A DNA stretch of 64,000 bases, taken from an uncultured Planctomycetota bacterium (GTDB lineage: Bacteria > Planctomycetota > Planctomycetia > Isosphaerales > Isosphaeraceae). Shown in pieces: positions 1 through 11,320 of the stretch; position 1 is the first letter of the stretch; every line of letters begins with the position of its first letter. The notes under the pieces were generated by a model. The model was not told where the DNA came from. It did no database searches and saw only the letters and a list, made by a program, of their open reading frames with translations. The DNA is taken from contig CAWJTV010000041.1 of assembly GCA_963845755.1 (NCBI GenBank), forward strand, positions 416,001-480,000, given 5' to 3'. The translations under genes and the position numbers were made by a program.

Positions 1-267
1 TACCTGAGTTACGCCCAGGAGCACTGGACCCAGCCCGACGAGAACCCGCCCGTCGGCCTGATCCTCTGCACCCAGAAGGACAACGCCCTCGTCCATTACG
101 CCCTGGACACGCTGCCCAACAAGGTGCTCGCCGCCGAGTACCGCACCGCGCTCCCGGACGAGGAAACCTTGGTCGCAGAACTAGAGCGGACCCGCCGCGC
201 CCTCGAGAATCGCGCGGGGACGACCCCGGGGGGGAGGCAGGGGGACAGGGAGGCAGGGGGACATTGA
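1..267 (+). CDS. DUF1016/YhcG family PDDEXK nuclease-domain protein, C-terminal part (partial at window edge)
   Basis: Frame 1 reads YLSYAQEHWTQPDENPPVGLILCTQKDNALVHYALDTLPNKVLAAEYRTALPDEETL, the typical YhcG C-terminus; TGA at 265-267. Confidence 0.85.
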   Translation, partial: YLSYAQEHWTQPDENPPVGLILCTQKDNALVHYALDTLPNKVLAAEYRTALPDEETLVAELERTRRALENRAGTTPGGRQGDREAGGH

Positions 268-297
268 TAAATGCTCACGATAATCTGGCACCATTTC

Positions 298-948
298 TTA
301 GATGTGCGCGCCCATGTCGTACTGCTGATGATCCTCGCGGACTCCACCCTGGCCCTCGCCGATGGTGTGGTAATCCTCGATCACCTCGATCGACCGCAAG
401 AACTTGACCATCTTGAATCCCAACTTCGTCTCGAGCAGTAGCCTCAGCGGAGCTCCGTGCTCCGGCGTCAACGGTTCGTCGTTCAGTTCGTAGGCCAGAA
501 TCGTCTCGGGCTGATCGGCCAGGGCGATGTCGATGCACTCATAGTAAGGTGCGCCGCTCTTCTCGAGCCGGCTGAATGAGTGGAAGGCCAGGTACTTCGC
601 CTCCGATCTCGGTCGGCAGAGTCGGAGGATCTCGGCCAGTGGCACCCCCCCCCATTTGCCAATCGAACTCCAGCCCTGGATGCAGTTGTGCAGCGTGACT
701 TGCTCGTGCTTCGAAAGCGCGCTGAGCTCCGTCAGCGAGAGGGTCAATGGCCGCTCGACGAGCCCGGTGACCTCCAGCCGGTAATCGTCGAAGTGCCCGG
801 CCAGAAGTCGCTCATAGGTGGCGTCCCCCTTGGCCTGCGGATACTCGGAAATAGGGGGATAGCCGTTGACCCGGAAGTTGGGTGAGATCCACTCCTCGGG
901 CAAGTTCTGGACCGCGACGGTCCGATGGAAAATCGCATTGCGGATCGG
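298..948 (-). pseudogene. Molybdopterin-dependent oxidoreductase (sulfite oxidase/MsrP-like catalytic domain), 5'-truncated
   Basis: HNCIQGWS, WGGVPL, EHGAPLRL, LGFKMVK motifs; no credible start, N-terminal part missing, abuts an opposite-strand gene at about 948. Confidence 0.75.
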
Positions 949-949
949 G

Positions 950-2295
950 GATGGCCTCCATCGCGGCCACGACGGGACCTGGAGCCCGACGAAGAAGACC
1001 ACCCCGACAGACATCGCCGCCTATCTCTGGAGCACCCTGGCTGCCGAGAGACTGCGGATCATCGAGCCGGCTCAGGCTCACCGCCGTTTGGACGAAACAA
1101 TCTCGGCTGTGGCGCGGCTGGAGCGACTCCACGGGTTCTTCTACGACAAGCTCAATCCCCGCAGCGGCACGCCCCTGACCAGCAAGGCGAAGAATGGCGA
1201 GCCGATTCGACCGGTGCTCTCGGCGGTGGACAACGGGTGGTTGGCAATGGCGCTGATCATGATCCAGAATACCAGGCCGGAGCTGCGAGAACGGGCCGAG
1301 GCCCTGTTGAAGCCGATGGACTTCCATTTCTTCTACGATGCCTATGACCCGGCCGACCCGCTCAAGCATCCGGGCCAGATCCGCGGTTGCTTCGAGGTCG
1401 ATACCAGGTCGTTCGGCTACTTCCATCAGCTCGTCAATACCGAGCCGAGGATCGCCAGCTACATCGGCATCGCGCGCGGCCAGATCCCGCCCGAACATTA
1501 CTATCACATGTTCCGCACCTTGCCGCCGGATCGGCGGCGCAGCAGCAGATTCCGGAAGGGAACTGGCAGACCTACCGGAAGATCTGCGTCTACGAGGGGC
1601 ATTACACCTACCTCGGGATGCGGATCGTTCCTAGCTGGGGGGGTAGTATGTTTGAGGCCCTGATGGTGCCGTTATTCGTTCCCGAGGACCGCTGGGCGCC
1701 GCGGAGTTGGGGCGTCAATCATCCCCTGTATGCCCGTGTTCAGATCGAGCACGGCCTGAATGTGCGGCATTACGGCTTCTGGGGATTCTCCGCCGCGACG
1801 ATCCCGGAGGGTGGCTACCAGCCTTACGGCGTTGACGCCCTTGGCACCAATCTTGAGGGTTATCACACCTATACCCGCGTGACGGAATCCGGAGGGAAAG
1901 CCCAACCGAAAGAGTCTCAACCAGGCGGCGATCCGAAGCCACCACGCGATTCACAGGTGCACGATGGCGTCGTGACCCCCCACGCTTCATTCCTGGCTCT
2001 ATCGTTTGTTCCTCGCGAGGCGATGGCCAACCTCCAGGGGCTGGAGAAGCGATATCCGATGATCTACACCACTTACGGCTTCCGCGATTCGGTCAATCTC
2101 TCAAACGGCCGGATCTCCGATAGCATCCTGGCCCTGGATCAAGGGATGATCATGGCCGCCATCGCCAACGCGCTGGCCGACCGCGTCATGCAGCACGCCT
2201 TCAGCGATGGTGCCGTCGAGAAGGCCATCCGGCCGCTCATGGCACCTGAGGAGTTCACCGCCGGACCGTGCGACAACACCGGTGCGGGGCCGTAG
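950..2295 (+). CDS. DUF3131/glycoamylase (GH144-like) family protein, 5'-truncated, frameshift near 1540
   Basis: TTPTDIAAYLWST, LSAVDNGWL, TEPRIASY in ORF 866..1663, continuing as VPSWGGSMFEALM, WGFS, VVTPHASFLAL, LALDQGM in ORF 1387..2295. Confidence 0.8.
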
Positions 2296-2457
2296 GATTG
2301 ATCGCCGGATACGATCCTTGGGAGAGGACCTCGAGCGTATGCAACCCAATCGTTCAGCGCTCCAGATACGGCTGTCGGTTTGGCGTTCTCCGTGCCGAAT
2401 CCGGGACTTCAGCAGACCGGCCCAACGCGGACTGACTGCGGTCGACCCGGTCGAGGC

Positions 2458-3501
2458 TCATCTCTTGAAGATCGACTTGGGGATCATCGCGTGCACGCCC
2501 TTGGTCCCGTCGACGACCTGGGTGACGCGGAAGTCCACCGCCACGCTGCAGAGCATGTAGGCGTCTTCCCGGCCGAGCTTCTTTTCCGATGCGATCAGGT
2601 CGACCGCCTCGCGGACGGCGATCTTCATGGCTTCGTCGAGGTCCTTGTCGAGGCCCATGGCGATGAAATGCGTCGCCGTCTCGGCCCTCGGCCATTTCAG
2701 GCTCGCCCCCTTCCGCACGAAGAAGCGGAGGGTCCCGGTCAGCGAAGTCTCCAGGGCGGTGATGTCCACTTCGCCGTCACCTTGCCCGGCGTGCCCGTCG
2801 CCGACCTGGAAGAGCGCGCCCGGGACGTGGACCGGGATGAGGAGCGTGGTGCCCGCGACGAGCTCCTTGTTATCCAGGTTGCCGGCGTGCACGCCCGGCG
2901 GGGCGCTGTTCACCCGGCCCGAGGCCTCCGGCGGGGCGACGCCCATGCTGCCGAAGAACGGGCGGAGCGGGACCTCAACCCCCTCGGCGAAGCGGGCGAC
3001 TCGCTTCTCCGCGTCGAGCGGGATGATCCGCATCCTGGAGCGGGGGAAGTCTTCCGGGATCGCCCCGCTCCGCGGCCCGAAGGCGTTGTAGGCGTAGGGG
3101 ATTGCCAGGTCGACCGATTCGATCCGGACCTCCAAGGCGTCGCCGGGCTCGGCCCCTTCGACGAAGATCGGCCCGGTCAGGATGTGGCCGCCCGGGCCCT
3201 TGTCTTTCACCTGCTCATGGATGTCGCGGAGCGCCGGCTCGATCTTGTCCGGCTCGACGCCCGCCCGCTCGAGCCTCTCCGGGCTGCTGGTGATGAGAGT
3301 GTGGACCTCCACCGTGTCCCCCGGCTTGATCCTGAGGACGGGCGACGTCTTGGCGTCGTAATGCCCCCACGCCACCGTCCTGGGCGTGGCCTTGAGCACG
3401 TGGGTCGCGGGGCCGGCGGGGCCCCCGGTCGGCTGGCTTACGGCCTGGCCTGTCGCCAATAGGGTCAGGCAGCCGACGAAGAGTGCGGTTCGGTGAATCA
3501 T
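2458..3501 (-). CDS. Acetamidase/formamidase family protein with signal peptide
   Basis: GGHILTGPIFVEGAEPGD, HAGNLDNKEL, GDGHAGQGDGEV motifs. Confidence 0.9.
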   Translation of the reverse strand: MIHRTALFVGCLTLLATGQAVSQPTGGPAGPATHVLKATPRTVAWGHYDAKTSPVLRIKPGDTVEVHTLITSSPERLERAGVEPDKIEPALRDIHEQVKDKGPGGHILTGPIFVEGAEPGDALEVRIESVDLAIPYAYNAFGPRSGAIPEDFPRSRMRIIPLDAEKRVARFAEGVEVPLRPFFGSMGVAPPEASGRVNSAPPGVHAGNLDNKELVAGTTLLIPVHVPGALFQVGDGHAGQGDGEVDITALETSLTGTLRFFVRKGASLKWPRAETATHFIAMGLDKDLDEAMKIAVREAVDLIASEKKLGREDAYMLCSVAVDFRVTQVVDGTKGVHAMIPKSIFKR

Positions 3502-3726
3502 GGATCCCTCCGCTGAGCCAAGCCGACAACGCGCGGCCCCGTCGCGCGCTACCCACCCGATGATAAACGTCAGGCGTCGTGTCGTCGCGAGGTCACTCGA
3601 TTTTGCACTGAGTTGTCCAGCGTTTCCGCTCGAGATAGGATACAACCATCGAGTCCTGATTCATCAAGCCTCAATCGAGAGTACGTCAAACGATGTCGGT
3701 TGGGGAGCCCTGTATTCGAGGAGAAC

Positions 3727-4554
3727 ATGGTGAGGTCGGACACAACTCGACAGGGAACCATCGCCGCATTGTGGCGTTATCCGATCAAGTCGATGCGAGG
3801 CGAAGAACTGGACGAGGGCGAGATCACCGACCGCGGGCTGCTCGGCGATCGGTCTTATGCGCTGATCGACGTTGAGACCGGCAAGGTGGTCAGTGCCAAG
3901 AATCCTCGAAAATGGGGGAATCTCTTCGACTTCCAGTCGACCCTCGTCGAATCGCCCTCAAGCAACGAGGGAGTGCCGCCCGCCCGGATCACGTTTCCGG
4001 ACGGGTCGACGGTCCAAACCGACGATCCCGGCGTCGAAGAACGCCTCTCCGCACTGGTGGGCCGGACCGTCCGGCTGGCGTCCTCGCCGCCTCCGGCTTC
4101 ACGGATCGAAGGATACTGGCCCGATTATGACTGGCTGGAGAGCCGCGATAAGTTCTTCCACGTCGAGTTGCCGGCCGGGACGTTCTTCGATGGGTCGCTG
4201 GTGCACTTCATCACGACGGCGACCCTGGAACGCCTCGCCTCCCTGAGCCCCCAGAGCCAGTTCGATGTCCGCCGATTCCGGCCGAACCTCATCTTCGAGG
4301 TCCCCGACAGTACCGCCGGATTCGTCGAGGACGCGTGGGTCGGCCGGACGATCACGCTTGGCGACGAAGTGCGCCTGATGGTCACCCACCCCTGCCCGCG
4401 CTGTGTCATGACGACGTTGCCCCAGGGCGAGCTTCCCAAGGACCCGAACGTCTTGCGGACGGCCGTCCGGTACAATCAGGGGAATGTCGGGGTCAATGCC
4501 AGTGTCGTGAGAGGGGGACGGGTTCGGCGGGGGGATGCCGTGGCGGTGGAGTGA
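3727..4554 (+). CDS. MOSC domain-containing protein
   Basis: LWRYPIKSMRGE, GLLGDRSYAL, RRFRPNL, PCPRCVMTT. Confidence 0.9.
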   Translation: MVRSDTTRQGTIAALWRYPIKSMRGEELDEGEITDRGLLGDRSYALIDVETGKVVSAKNPRKWGNLFDFQSTLVESPSSNEGVPPARITFPDGSTVQTDDPGVEERLSALVGRTVRLASSPPPASRIEGYWPDYDWLESRDKFFHVELPAGTFFDGSLVHFITTATLERLASLSPQSQFDVRRFRPNLIFEVPDSTAGFVEDAWVGRTITLGDEVRLMVTHPCPRCVMTTLPQGELPKDPNVLRTAVRYNQGNVGVNASVVRGGRVRRGDAVAVE

Positions 4555-4646
4555 GCTTCTCTTGCAGATCGCGAAGGATTGCATCAGCCTGTGATGAGAG
4601 TGGAGAACTCTTGGTAGTCCCAGCCGCCGACGGAGACCCGGTCGTC

Positions 4647-5945
4647 ATGAATGGCACGCTCAGGAAGTGGGCATGGATCACCGTTCTTTTGCTTTCGGGA
4701 TCAACCCACGCGCAGGCCACGAGGTCCGTGGAGGTGCCGATCAATGAGGCGGGCGAGGTCCAGGTCGCGGAGATCGTTGCGCGGCTCGCTCAGGCCAGCG
4801 GGCTCAATTTGGGGCAGCCCGTGGCCAGCCTGACCTTGTCGACCCAGGGTCTCGCTCGATCATTGACCAAGACGCTGCTCTCCGAGACGCTGGGCCCCGA
4901 GGTCGAAATCACGTTTCAGCGCGGTAAGATGATCCTCGGCATCGACAATCGCATCCTGGCCCCGGACCGACGCGAGGAGTGGCTGAGGCGGCTTCGCGAC
5001 CTGGCCGAGCGTGCGACCGAGGCGTCGAAACGGCGGGCACTCTACGGAATGAGGGCCATGGCCTCCTATCGGCCCAACGATCCGGCGCGGCCGACGATCT
5101 GCCTGGTTCACGGCCTGAATTCCTCCTCCGGCGGGTTCGTTCACATGATCCCCTGGTTGGAAGAGGCCGGTTATGGGCTCGTGGTCTACGACTACCCGTT
5201 CAACCGTCGGCTCGGCGAATCGTGCGCGGCGTTCGCGCGCGACTGGGCCGCGTTCCGCCGCCAGTCCGGCGACAAACGCCCTTGGTCGATCGTCGCCCAT
5301 TCGATGGGGGCACTGCTGGCGCGGTCGATGGTGGAGGACGATGCCACCTGGGCTGGCGACGTCTCCTCGTTGATCCTGATCGCCCCCGTGAACCAAGGCT
5401 CGAACCTGGCCAGAGTCCAGACGGTGTTCCAGTTGCTCGACGGACTCAAGTCGATCAACGGCAAGAATACGACCCGGGCGATGGCGCACCTCTCCGACGG
5501 CCTGGGCCAGGCCGCCCAGGACATGCTCCCGGGCAGCGCGTTCCTGAAGCGTGTGAATCAACGGCCGCGACGTCAGGGCCTTCCCTATCACATCCTTGCC
5601 GGCGACAGCGGCTTTCTCACCCGCGACGCGCGCGCTCAGATCGAGGCGCGGGTCAACTTGTTCAACCGCAACTCCGGCTTGTTCGGGAAGCTGACGCAGG
5701 CGGCGACCTCCGACTTGCCGGAGATCCTCGACGAGTTGACGGACGGCACCGGCGACGGCTGCGTCGCCGTCGCCCGGACCCGGCTCGAGGGAGTCACCGA
5801 CTGCGTGACGATCCACGCCAACCACGCCGAGCTGATCCGCGCCCCCCTGCTCTTCGCCGATCCCGGCCCGGTCGCTTGCATGCCGTTCGTCCTCCAAAGA
5901 CTCGAGGCCGATCGAGAACGCGGCGGGAAGCGCGATCCGAAATAA
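4647..5945 (+). CDS. Secreted alpha/beta hydrolase (esterase/lipase family)
   Basis: VHGLNS oxyanion motif, AHSMG nucleophile elbow, GDGCV and NHAEL catalytic Asp/His regions, N-terminal hydrophobic stretch. Confidence 0.8.
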   Translation: MNGTLRKWAWITVLLLSGSTHAQATRSVEVPINEAGEVQVAEIVARLAQASGLNLGQPVASLTLSTQGLARSLTKTLLSETLGPEVEITFQRGKMILGIDNRILAPDRREEWLRRLRDLAERATEASKRRALYGMRAMASYRPNDPARPTICLVHGLNSSSGGFVHMIPWLEEAGYGLVVYDYPFNRRLGESCAAFARDWAAFRRQSGDKRPWSIVAHSMGALLARSMVEDDATWAGDVSSLILIAPVNQGSNLARVQTVFQLLDGLKSINGKNTTRAMAHLSDGLGQAAQDMLPGSAFLKRVNQRPRRQGLPYHILAGDSGFLTRDARAQIEARVNLFNRNSGLFGKLTQAATSDLPEILDELTDGTGDGCVAVARTRLEGVTDCVTIHANHAELIRAPLLFADPGPVACMPFVLQRLEADRERGGKRDPK

Positions 5946-5964
5946 CGGGGGAGCCGGCGACGGC

Positions 5965-6714
5965 TCAAGGTTTGCCCGGGATCACCGCCATCGCCCGGCC
6001 GATGTATTCGTAGACGCCTCGCGGGTCGTATTCGATGCCGTGCTGGGCGACGATGGTGTCGCCTTGCTCCTTCCAGAGCCGTCCCAGCGAGCGTTCGATC
6101 CCGGGGTCGCCGCCGGTGAACTGTTCGACCAGGTCCTTCCAGCGCCGGGCCATGGCCTGGACCTCGGGGGCGGACGGGTCTGTGCCCTTGTCCATCTCGG
6201 CACGGACCTGCGCGATCAGCTCGGCCCACTCCTGTTGACTCTGCTGGATCCGCTCGGGGCCAAACTGGTCGCCGCGCGCCTTGATGGCTTCCCACTGTTC
6301 GGGCGTGTAATAGCTCTCGATCATGGTGATCTCCTCGATCGTTTGGATGAATTCGTCGGCGGAGACTTCCCCCGCCGCCTGGAGGCGCACGGCGACCGCT
6401 TCCAGCCGCTCGCAGAGCCGCCTCTGCACGGTGATCTGATCCCGCAGTCGTGCCACATGGAGACGAATCACCTCCAGCGGCGAGAAGCCGGGCCGGTCCA
6501 GGCAGCCGGCGATTTGCTCCAGCGAGAAGCCGAGCTGCCGGAGTGAGAGCACCTGCTGCAATCGCGCGACATCGCCGTCCGTGTAGAGCCGATGCCCCGA
6601 TTCGGTGTGCAGCGACGGCTTCAGCAAATCGATATCGTCGTAATGATGCAGCGTGCGCACGGTCAATCCCGTCCGCTTGGCCAGCTCGCCGACTTTCAAC
6701 GCCTCGAACCGCAT
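5965..6714 (-). CDS. MerR family regulator with C-terminal TipAS-like ligand-binding domain (TipA/Mta-like)
   Basis: KVGELAKRTGLTVRTLHHYDDIDLLKPS HTH; C-terminal GTDPSAPEVQAMARRWKDLVEQFTGGDPGI. Confidence 0.9.
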   Translation of the reverse strand: MRFEALKVGELAKRTGLTVRTLHHYDDIDLLKPSLHTESGHRLYTDGDVARLQQVLSLRQLGFSLEQIAGCLDRPGFSPLEVIRLHVARLRDQITVQRRLCERLEAVAVRLQAAGEVSADEFIQTIEEITMIESYYTPEQWEAIKARGDQFGPERIQQSQQEWAELIAQVRAEMDKGTDPSAPEVQAMARRWKDLVEQFTGGDPGIERSLGRLWKEQGDTIVAQHGIEYDPRGVYEYIGRAMAVIPGKP

Positions 6715-6786
6715 GGCGATCCGCTCCGGTTTCACGAGAGTTACACCCGCCCTATGTCTAGGTCCTCCGGTTGTGGTCACGGCAGA

Positions 6787-6817
6787 ATGATATGACCTCA
6801 CGTTACGTGAGGATCAA
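6787..6817 (-). promoter_or_regulatory. MerR-type promoter TTGATC-N19-TATCAT with dyad operator CCTCACGT-N-ACGTGAGG (6796-6812)
   Basis: 19-bp spacer counted directly; perfect 8-1-8 palindrome filling the spacer, upstream of the MerR gene. Confidence 0.85.
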
Positions 6818-7237
6818 GACCTCTTTTTCGCGGAGGTCCTGCGTCGTTCCGGTAATGCCGGAGACGAATGAGGACGAGATCGAGTAGGATAGAGTATCCC
6901 TTGTTGGGGTCCCCTGCCCTGTGCGCCCGTCTCGGGGATTCGAGATTAATCCCGGATGGGAAAGATTGCGGGAATGGGATCTAGAATCCCTATAGGGTTG
7001 GGGCCGGAGGCCGCGTCTGGGGATCTCGACTTCGAAAGAGCTTCTGGGTTTCTCAATGGAAAACGATCGGTTACCCTCCCGTGACAGGATGGGGCCATGC
7101 AGGCGTTGCCCCGAGTGCGGCAGGGCGATCGAGCCGACGAGGCAGCACTGATGTTTCCGGGTCGCACTGCTTCCTTTCCGGACCCCTTGACGACCGTCCC
7201 GTCATCATCCCCGACGATTCGTGAAGGGGAAGGTACC

Positions 7238-10200
7238 GTGAGCCAGCCGGATGTGGCTGGAGAGGACCTGTATCGCCGCATCGTCGAAGCGGCGAATCAG
7301 GGGATCTGGGCCATTGACACCGCGCAGCGGACGATGTTCATCAACGCCAAGCTGGCCGGGCGGCTCGGCTATCAGCCCCAGGAGGTAGTGGGCCGGCCGG
7401 CCTGGGACCTGGTGTTCCCGGAGGATCATGGTGAAGCGGCCGCTCGATGGGCCGAACGGACGCCGGGGGAGGAGACCCGGGTGGAATTCCGACTGCGTCG
7501 CCAGGATGGCGCGGAGGTGTGGTTCGACGCCGCAATCAGCCCGCTCCACGACGTCGAAGGCCGGTTCACCGGGGCTCTGGGGCTCTTCGCCGATATCACG
7601 GAGCGGCGCCGCGCCGACGAGGCCCTGCGCCAGAGCGAGCGGCAGGCGCGGTTGCTGGCCGACTCGATGCCCCACATCGTCTGGACGGCCCGAGGCGACG
7701 GCACGGTGGACTATTTCAACGGCCGCTGGTACGAGTACACCGGCATGTCGCCCGAGGAGTCGCTGGAGCACCCGGGCTGGCGGTTGGCGGTCCACCTCGA
7801 TGACCTCGGATCGCTGTTGAACGTCAGGGATCCGGCCGTCGAGGAGGGGCAGGTCTTCCAGGCCGACGTCCGTTTGCGCGATCGGGAGGGTGCCTATCGG
7901 TGGCACATGGTTCGCTCGGTGCCGGTGCGCGACGACGCGGACCGGGTGATCCGGCGGTTCGGCACGGCCACCGACATCGACGACCGGATGCGGGCCGAGG
8001 AGGACTCGCCGCCGGCGAGCATCGGTTCCGGTTCCTTGCCGAATCGATCCCGCAGATGGTCTGGACCGCCTCCCCTGATGGCTCGGTGGACTATTCCAGT
8101 CCCCGGTTCCTCGAGTTTCTCGGTGCGGTGCGCGAGCAGGTGGAAGGACGGGCGTGGATGGACCTGATCCACGCCGACGACCGCGAATGGGCCGTCAACG
8201 CCTGGAAACGCGCGCTCGAAGCGGGGATCCCGTATCGGGTCGAGTGCCGGCTTCGCACGACCCACGGAGAGCACCGCTGGTTCTTCGGCCACGCACTCCC
8301 TCAGCGGGACGACACCGGTCGGATCGCGCGCTGGTACGGCACCTGGACCGACATCGATCTGCAATGGCAAGCACAGCAGGAGATCGTGCGGCTCAACCGC
8401 GATCTTCGCGCTCGGGTCGATGAGCTGGAGACGATCTTCGCGACGGTCCCGATCGGCATCGCCATCAGCGAGGATGTCGACTGTGCCCGAATTCGGTCGA
8501 ACCCGGCCCAGGAACAGATGCTCGAGCTTGCGCCGGGTTCCAACGCGTCGCTGAGCGCCCCGGCGGAGGAGCGGCCGGAGCATTTTCGCTTTCGTCGCGG
8601 CGGACGGGACCTCCGGCCCGACGAACTGCCGATGCAGGTGGCGGCCCGCGAGGGACAGGCCATCACCGGGTGCGAGCTGGAGATGTGCTGCGCGGATGGG
8701 CGCACCAAGTGGTTCTATGGCAACGCCACGCCGCTCTTCGACGAGGGGGGGCAGCCGCGCGGCTCGGTCGGCGCAGTTCCTGGACATGACCGAATGGCGA
8801 AGGGTCGAGGCGGCCCTGAAGGAGAACGAAGAGCAGTTGCGGCTAGCGATCCGGGCGACCGACCTGGGTCTCTTCGACCGGGACCTCACGACCAACACCC
8901 TGCGATGGTCCGCTCGCTCCAAGGCGATCTTCGGCCTGCCACCGGATTACCCGATCACCCTCGACGAGTTCTATCGCCGGCTTCACCCCGAGGATCGTCC
9001 GCGGGTCCAGTCGGCCATCAGGCGCGCCGTGGACCCCGACGGCGACGGCATCTACGAGGCCGATTACCAGTGCATCTGGGACGACGGGACCGTCCGCTGG
9101 GTAGCCGGCAAGGGACGCGTGTCGTTCGAGGAACGCGACGGACAGCGGCGGGTCGTCCGCATCGTCGGCACCGTCCAGGACATCACGGCCCGGAAGGAAA
9201 CCGAGGCGCAATTGAAGGAGGCCAAGGATGTGGCGGAGACGGCCAGCCTGGCGAAGGACCGCTTCCTCGCCGTCCTCAGCCACGAGCTGCGCACCCCATT
9301 GTCCCCGGTGGTCACGGCGGTCGGCCTGATGGAGTTGGTCCAGGAACTGCCCCCCGAGGTGAAGGAATACCTGGCGATGATCCGCCGCAACATCGACCTG
9401 GAGACCCGCCTGATCGACGACCTGCTGGACCTCAGCCGGGTGATCAGCGGCAAGCTGCGGCTGGAGCGGCGGCCGACCCATCTCAACGACCTGGTCCGGC
9501 ACGTGCTGGATATCGTCGGCGGCGAGGTCCACGACAAGGGACTGACCGTCGAAACCGACCTGACCGCGTCGTCCGACCTGGTCGAACGTCAACCCGGCGC
9601 GGCTCCAGCAAGTGATCTGGAACCTGATCAAGAACGCGGCCAAGTTCACGCCCGGCGGCGGGACGATCCGAGTGACGACCCGTCCGTCCGGGGGCTGTGG
9701 GATTGAGGTGGAAGTGCGGGATACGGGCAAGGGGATCAGCCCCGAGGCGCTGCCGTTCATCTTCAACGCCTTCGAGCAGGGGGAGCCGGCGGTCACCCAG
9801 AAGTTCGGCGGTCTGGGGTTGGGCCTGTCGATCGCCAAGGCGGTGGTCAACCGGCACGGGGGAACGATCCGCGCGGCGAGCGACGGGCCGGGCCAAGGTT
9901 CCTCATTCACGGTGGCGCTCGCACTGGTGCCAAACCGACGGGAGGGCGTCAACGCGGCCAGCCCACCGCGGCCCGATCACCCGGCCGGTCGGATCCGAGT
10001 GCTCCTGGTCGAGGACCACGCCGACACCGCCCGGGCGATGGTCAAGCTCCTGGAGCGCGCCGGCTACCAGGTCGAATGGGCCGATCGCGTGGCCGCGGCG
10101 CTGGAGGTCGCCGCGAACCGCACCTTCGACGTGATCGTCAGCGACCTCGGACTGCCCGACGGCTCCGGCTACGAGTTGATGCGGGCCCTCAAGGACGAGT

Positions 10201-10356
10201 ACGGCGCAGGGCATCGCCCTGAGCGGATTCGGTATGGAAGGGGACATCCTCCGCGGTCGTGAGGCCGGCTTCCTCGAGCATCTCGTCAAGCCGGTCAACG
10301 TCGCCACGCTCGATCAAGCCATCCTTCGCGTCGCCAGGCTACAGCCGCGAGGGTAG
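7238..10356 (+). CDS. Hybrid sensor histidine kinase (multiple PAS/PAC, HisKA, HATPase, receiver); frameshifts near 8010, 8770, 9590 and 10205
   Basis: PAS repeats, LSHELRTPL H-box, NLIKNAAKFT, DTGKGI, GGLGLGL, LLVEDH..SDLGLPDGSG and HLVKPV receiver; TAG at 10354-10356. Confidence 0.9.
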
Positions 10357-10488
10357 GGAGGTAGGCGGTTAAGCGGTCGTGGCTAGTGTAATGGTTCAGC
10401 GTGAAATGGAGAAACCGGGGTTGCGAGATAAGGTAGAGTGCACATGGGAACAGATTGGGTCGAGCCGCGAGGATTAATCGCACATATC

Positions 10489-10517
10489 TTGCCGAGGGCG
10501 ATTGGCGATCTCATAAT
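10489..10517 (+). promoter_or_regulatory. Putative sigma70 promoter TTGCCG-N17-CATAAT (copy 1, upstream of J-domain gene 1)
   Basis: 17-bp spacing; near-identical copy at 11292-11320. Confidence 0.65.
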
Positions 10518-10642
10518 CAATCCTGTGGATCATGGAGTCGGCTCCGATCTCTCAACTCCCCGCGCCGTCGGGGCTCGACTCGTGCTGGACCGGGACGGGT
10601 GAGCCCGGCGGTTGGCCCTCCGGAGCGTTATCGGTCGCATTC

Positions 10643-11232
10643 ATGGATCCCTACCAGGCCCTGGGCGTTTCCCGATCGTGCACTCGCGAACAGGTCAAGG
10701 AGGTCTTCCGGACCAGGGCATGGCACGCGCATCCGGATCGCGGCGGCGAGGATGCGGCGTTCATCCGGCTTTGTACCGCCTACAAGCAGATCCTCGAAGA
10801 ACTGGATCGTAGGCCGAACCCGCGCCTGCCAAACCAGGCACGGAGCTCGCGGCCGGCCCGCCCGGCCGTGACGCCTGGGGAGAGCCCGATACCCGATACG
10901 ATCTTCGTTGACGAGATCCCACCGAGCCGATGGCCCCCGAAGCCGTTCGACCCGAACTGGAAACCCGATCTGATCTTGCTCGATGAGGTCTCGCCGGTCG
11001 GTCGGCTCCCGAAGCCGCCCGACCCCAGGGCGCCAGGAGAACCTACCTGTCCTGGCTCGAGCAGGTCGCAGTCAAGTCTTCCCGGCGACAGTCCGCCTGG
11101 CGATCGGAAGGGGGCAACACCTTCGGTGCCCTGATTATCCTGGCCCTGATTGTTGGCAGTGTCTGTGGGTGCTGGATCGCGTGGAAATACGCGGCGGAGC
11201 AGGCGGAGCAGGCGGCTCGCCAGTCCTGGTGA
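10643..11232 (+). CDS. Membrane-anchored J-domain protein 1 (frameshift near 11040)
   Basis: MDPYQALGV..AHPDRGG J-domain, Pro-rich linker, then in another frame YLSWLEQVA..QSAWRS and a hydrophobic helix; TGA at 11230-11232. Confidence 0.75.
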
Positions 11233-11291
11233 ATACGGTCGATCATCGCCGAGAACGACGGCACCTCCTGAAGGCGGCCCGTGCAAAGATC

Positions 11292-11320
11292 TTGCCTCGG
11301 GCGATCGGTGATCTCATAAT
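11292..11320 (+). promoter_or_regulatory. Putative sigma70 promoter TTGCCT-N17-CATAAT (copy 2, upstream of J-domain gene 2)
   Basis: Paralogous to 10489-10517, including most of the spacer. Confidence 0.65.

Noticed and set aside
2380..3462. Long antisense ORFs (also 28784-29752, 31856-32905, 42451-43449, 53509-54564, 58313-59773)
   Set aside because: They are shadow ORFs of well-supported opposite-strand genes in high-GC DNA.
7990..10210. Programmed frameshifting in the histidine kinase
   Set aside because: No slippery sites are evident, and the shifts match the window-wide indel error pattern.
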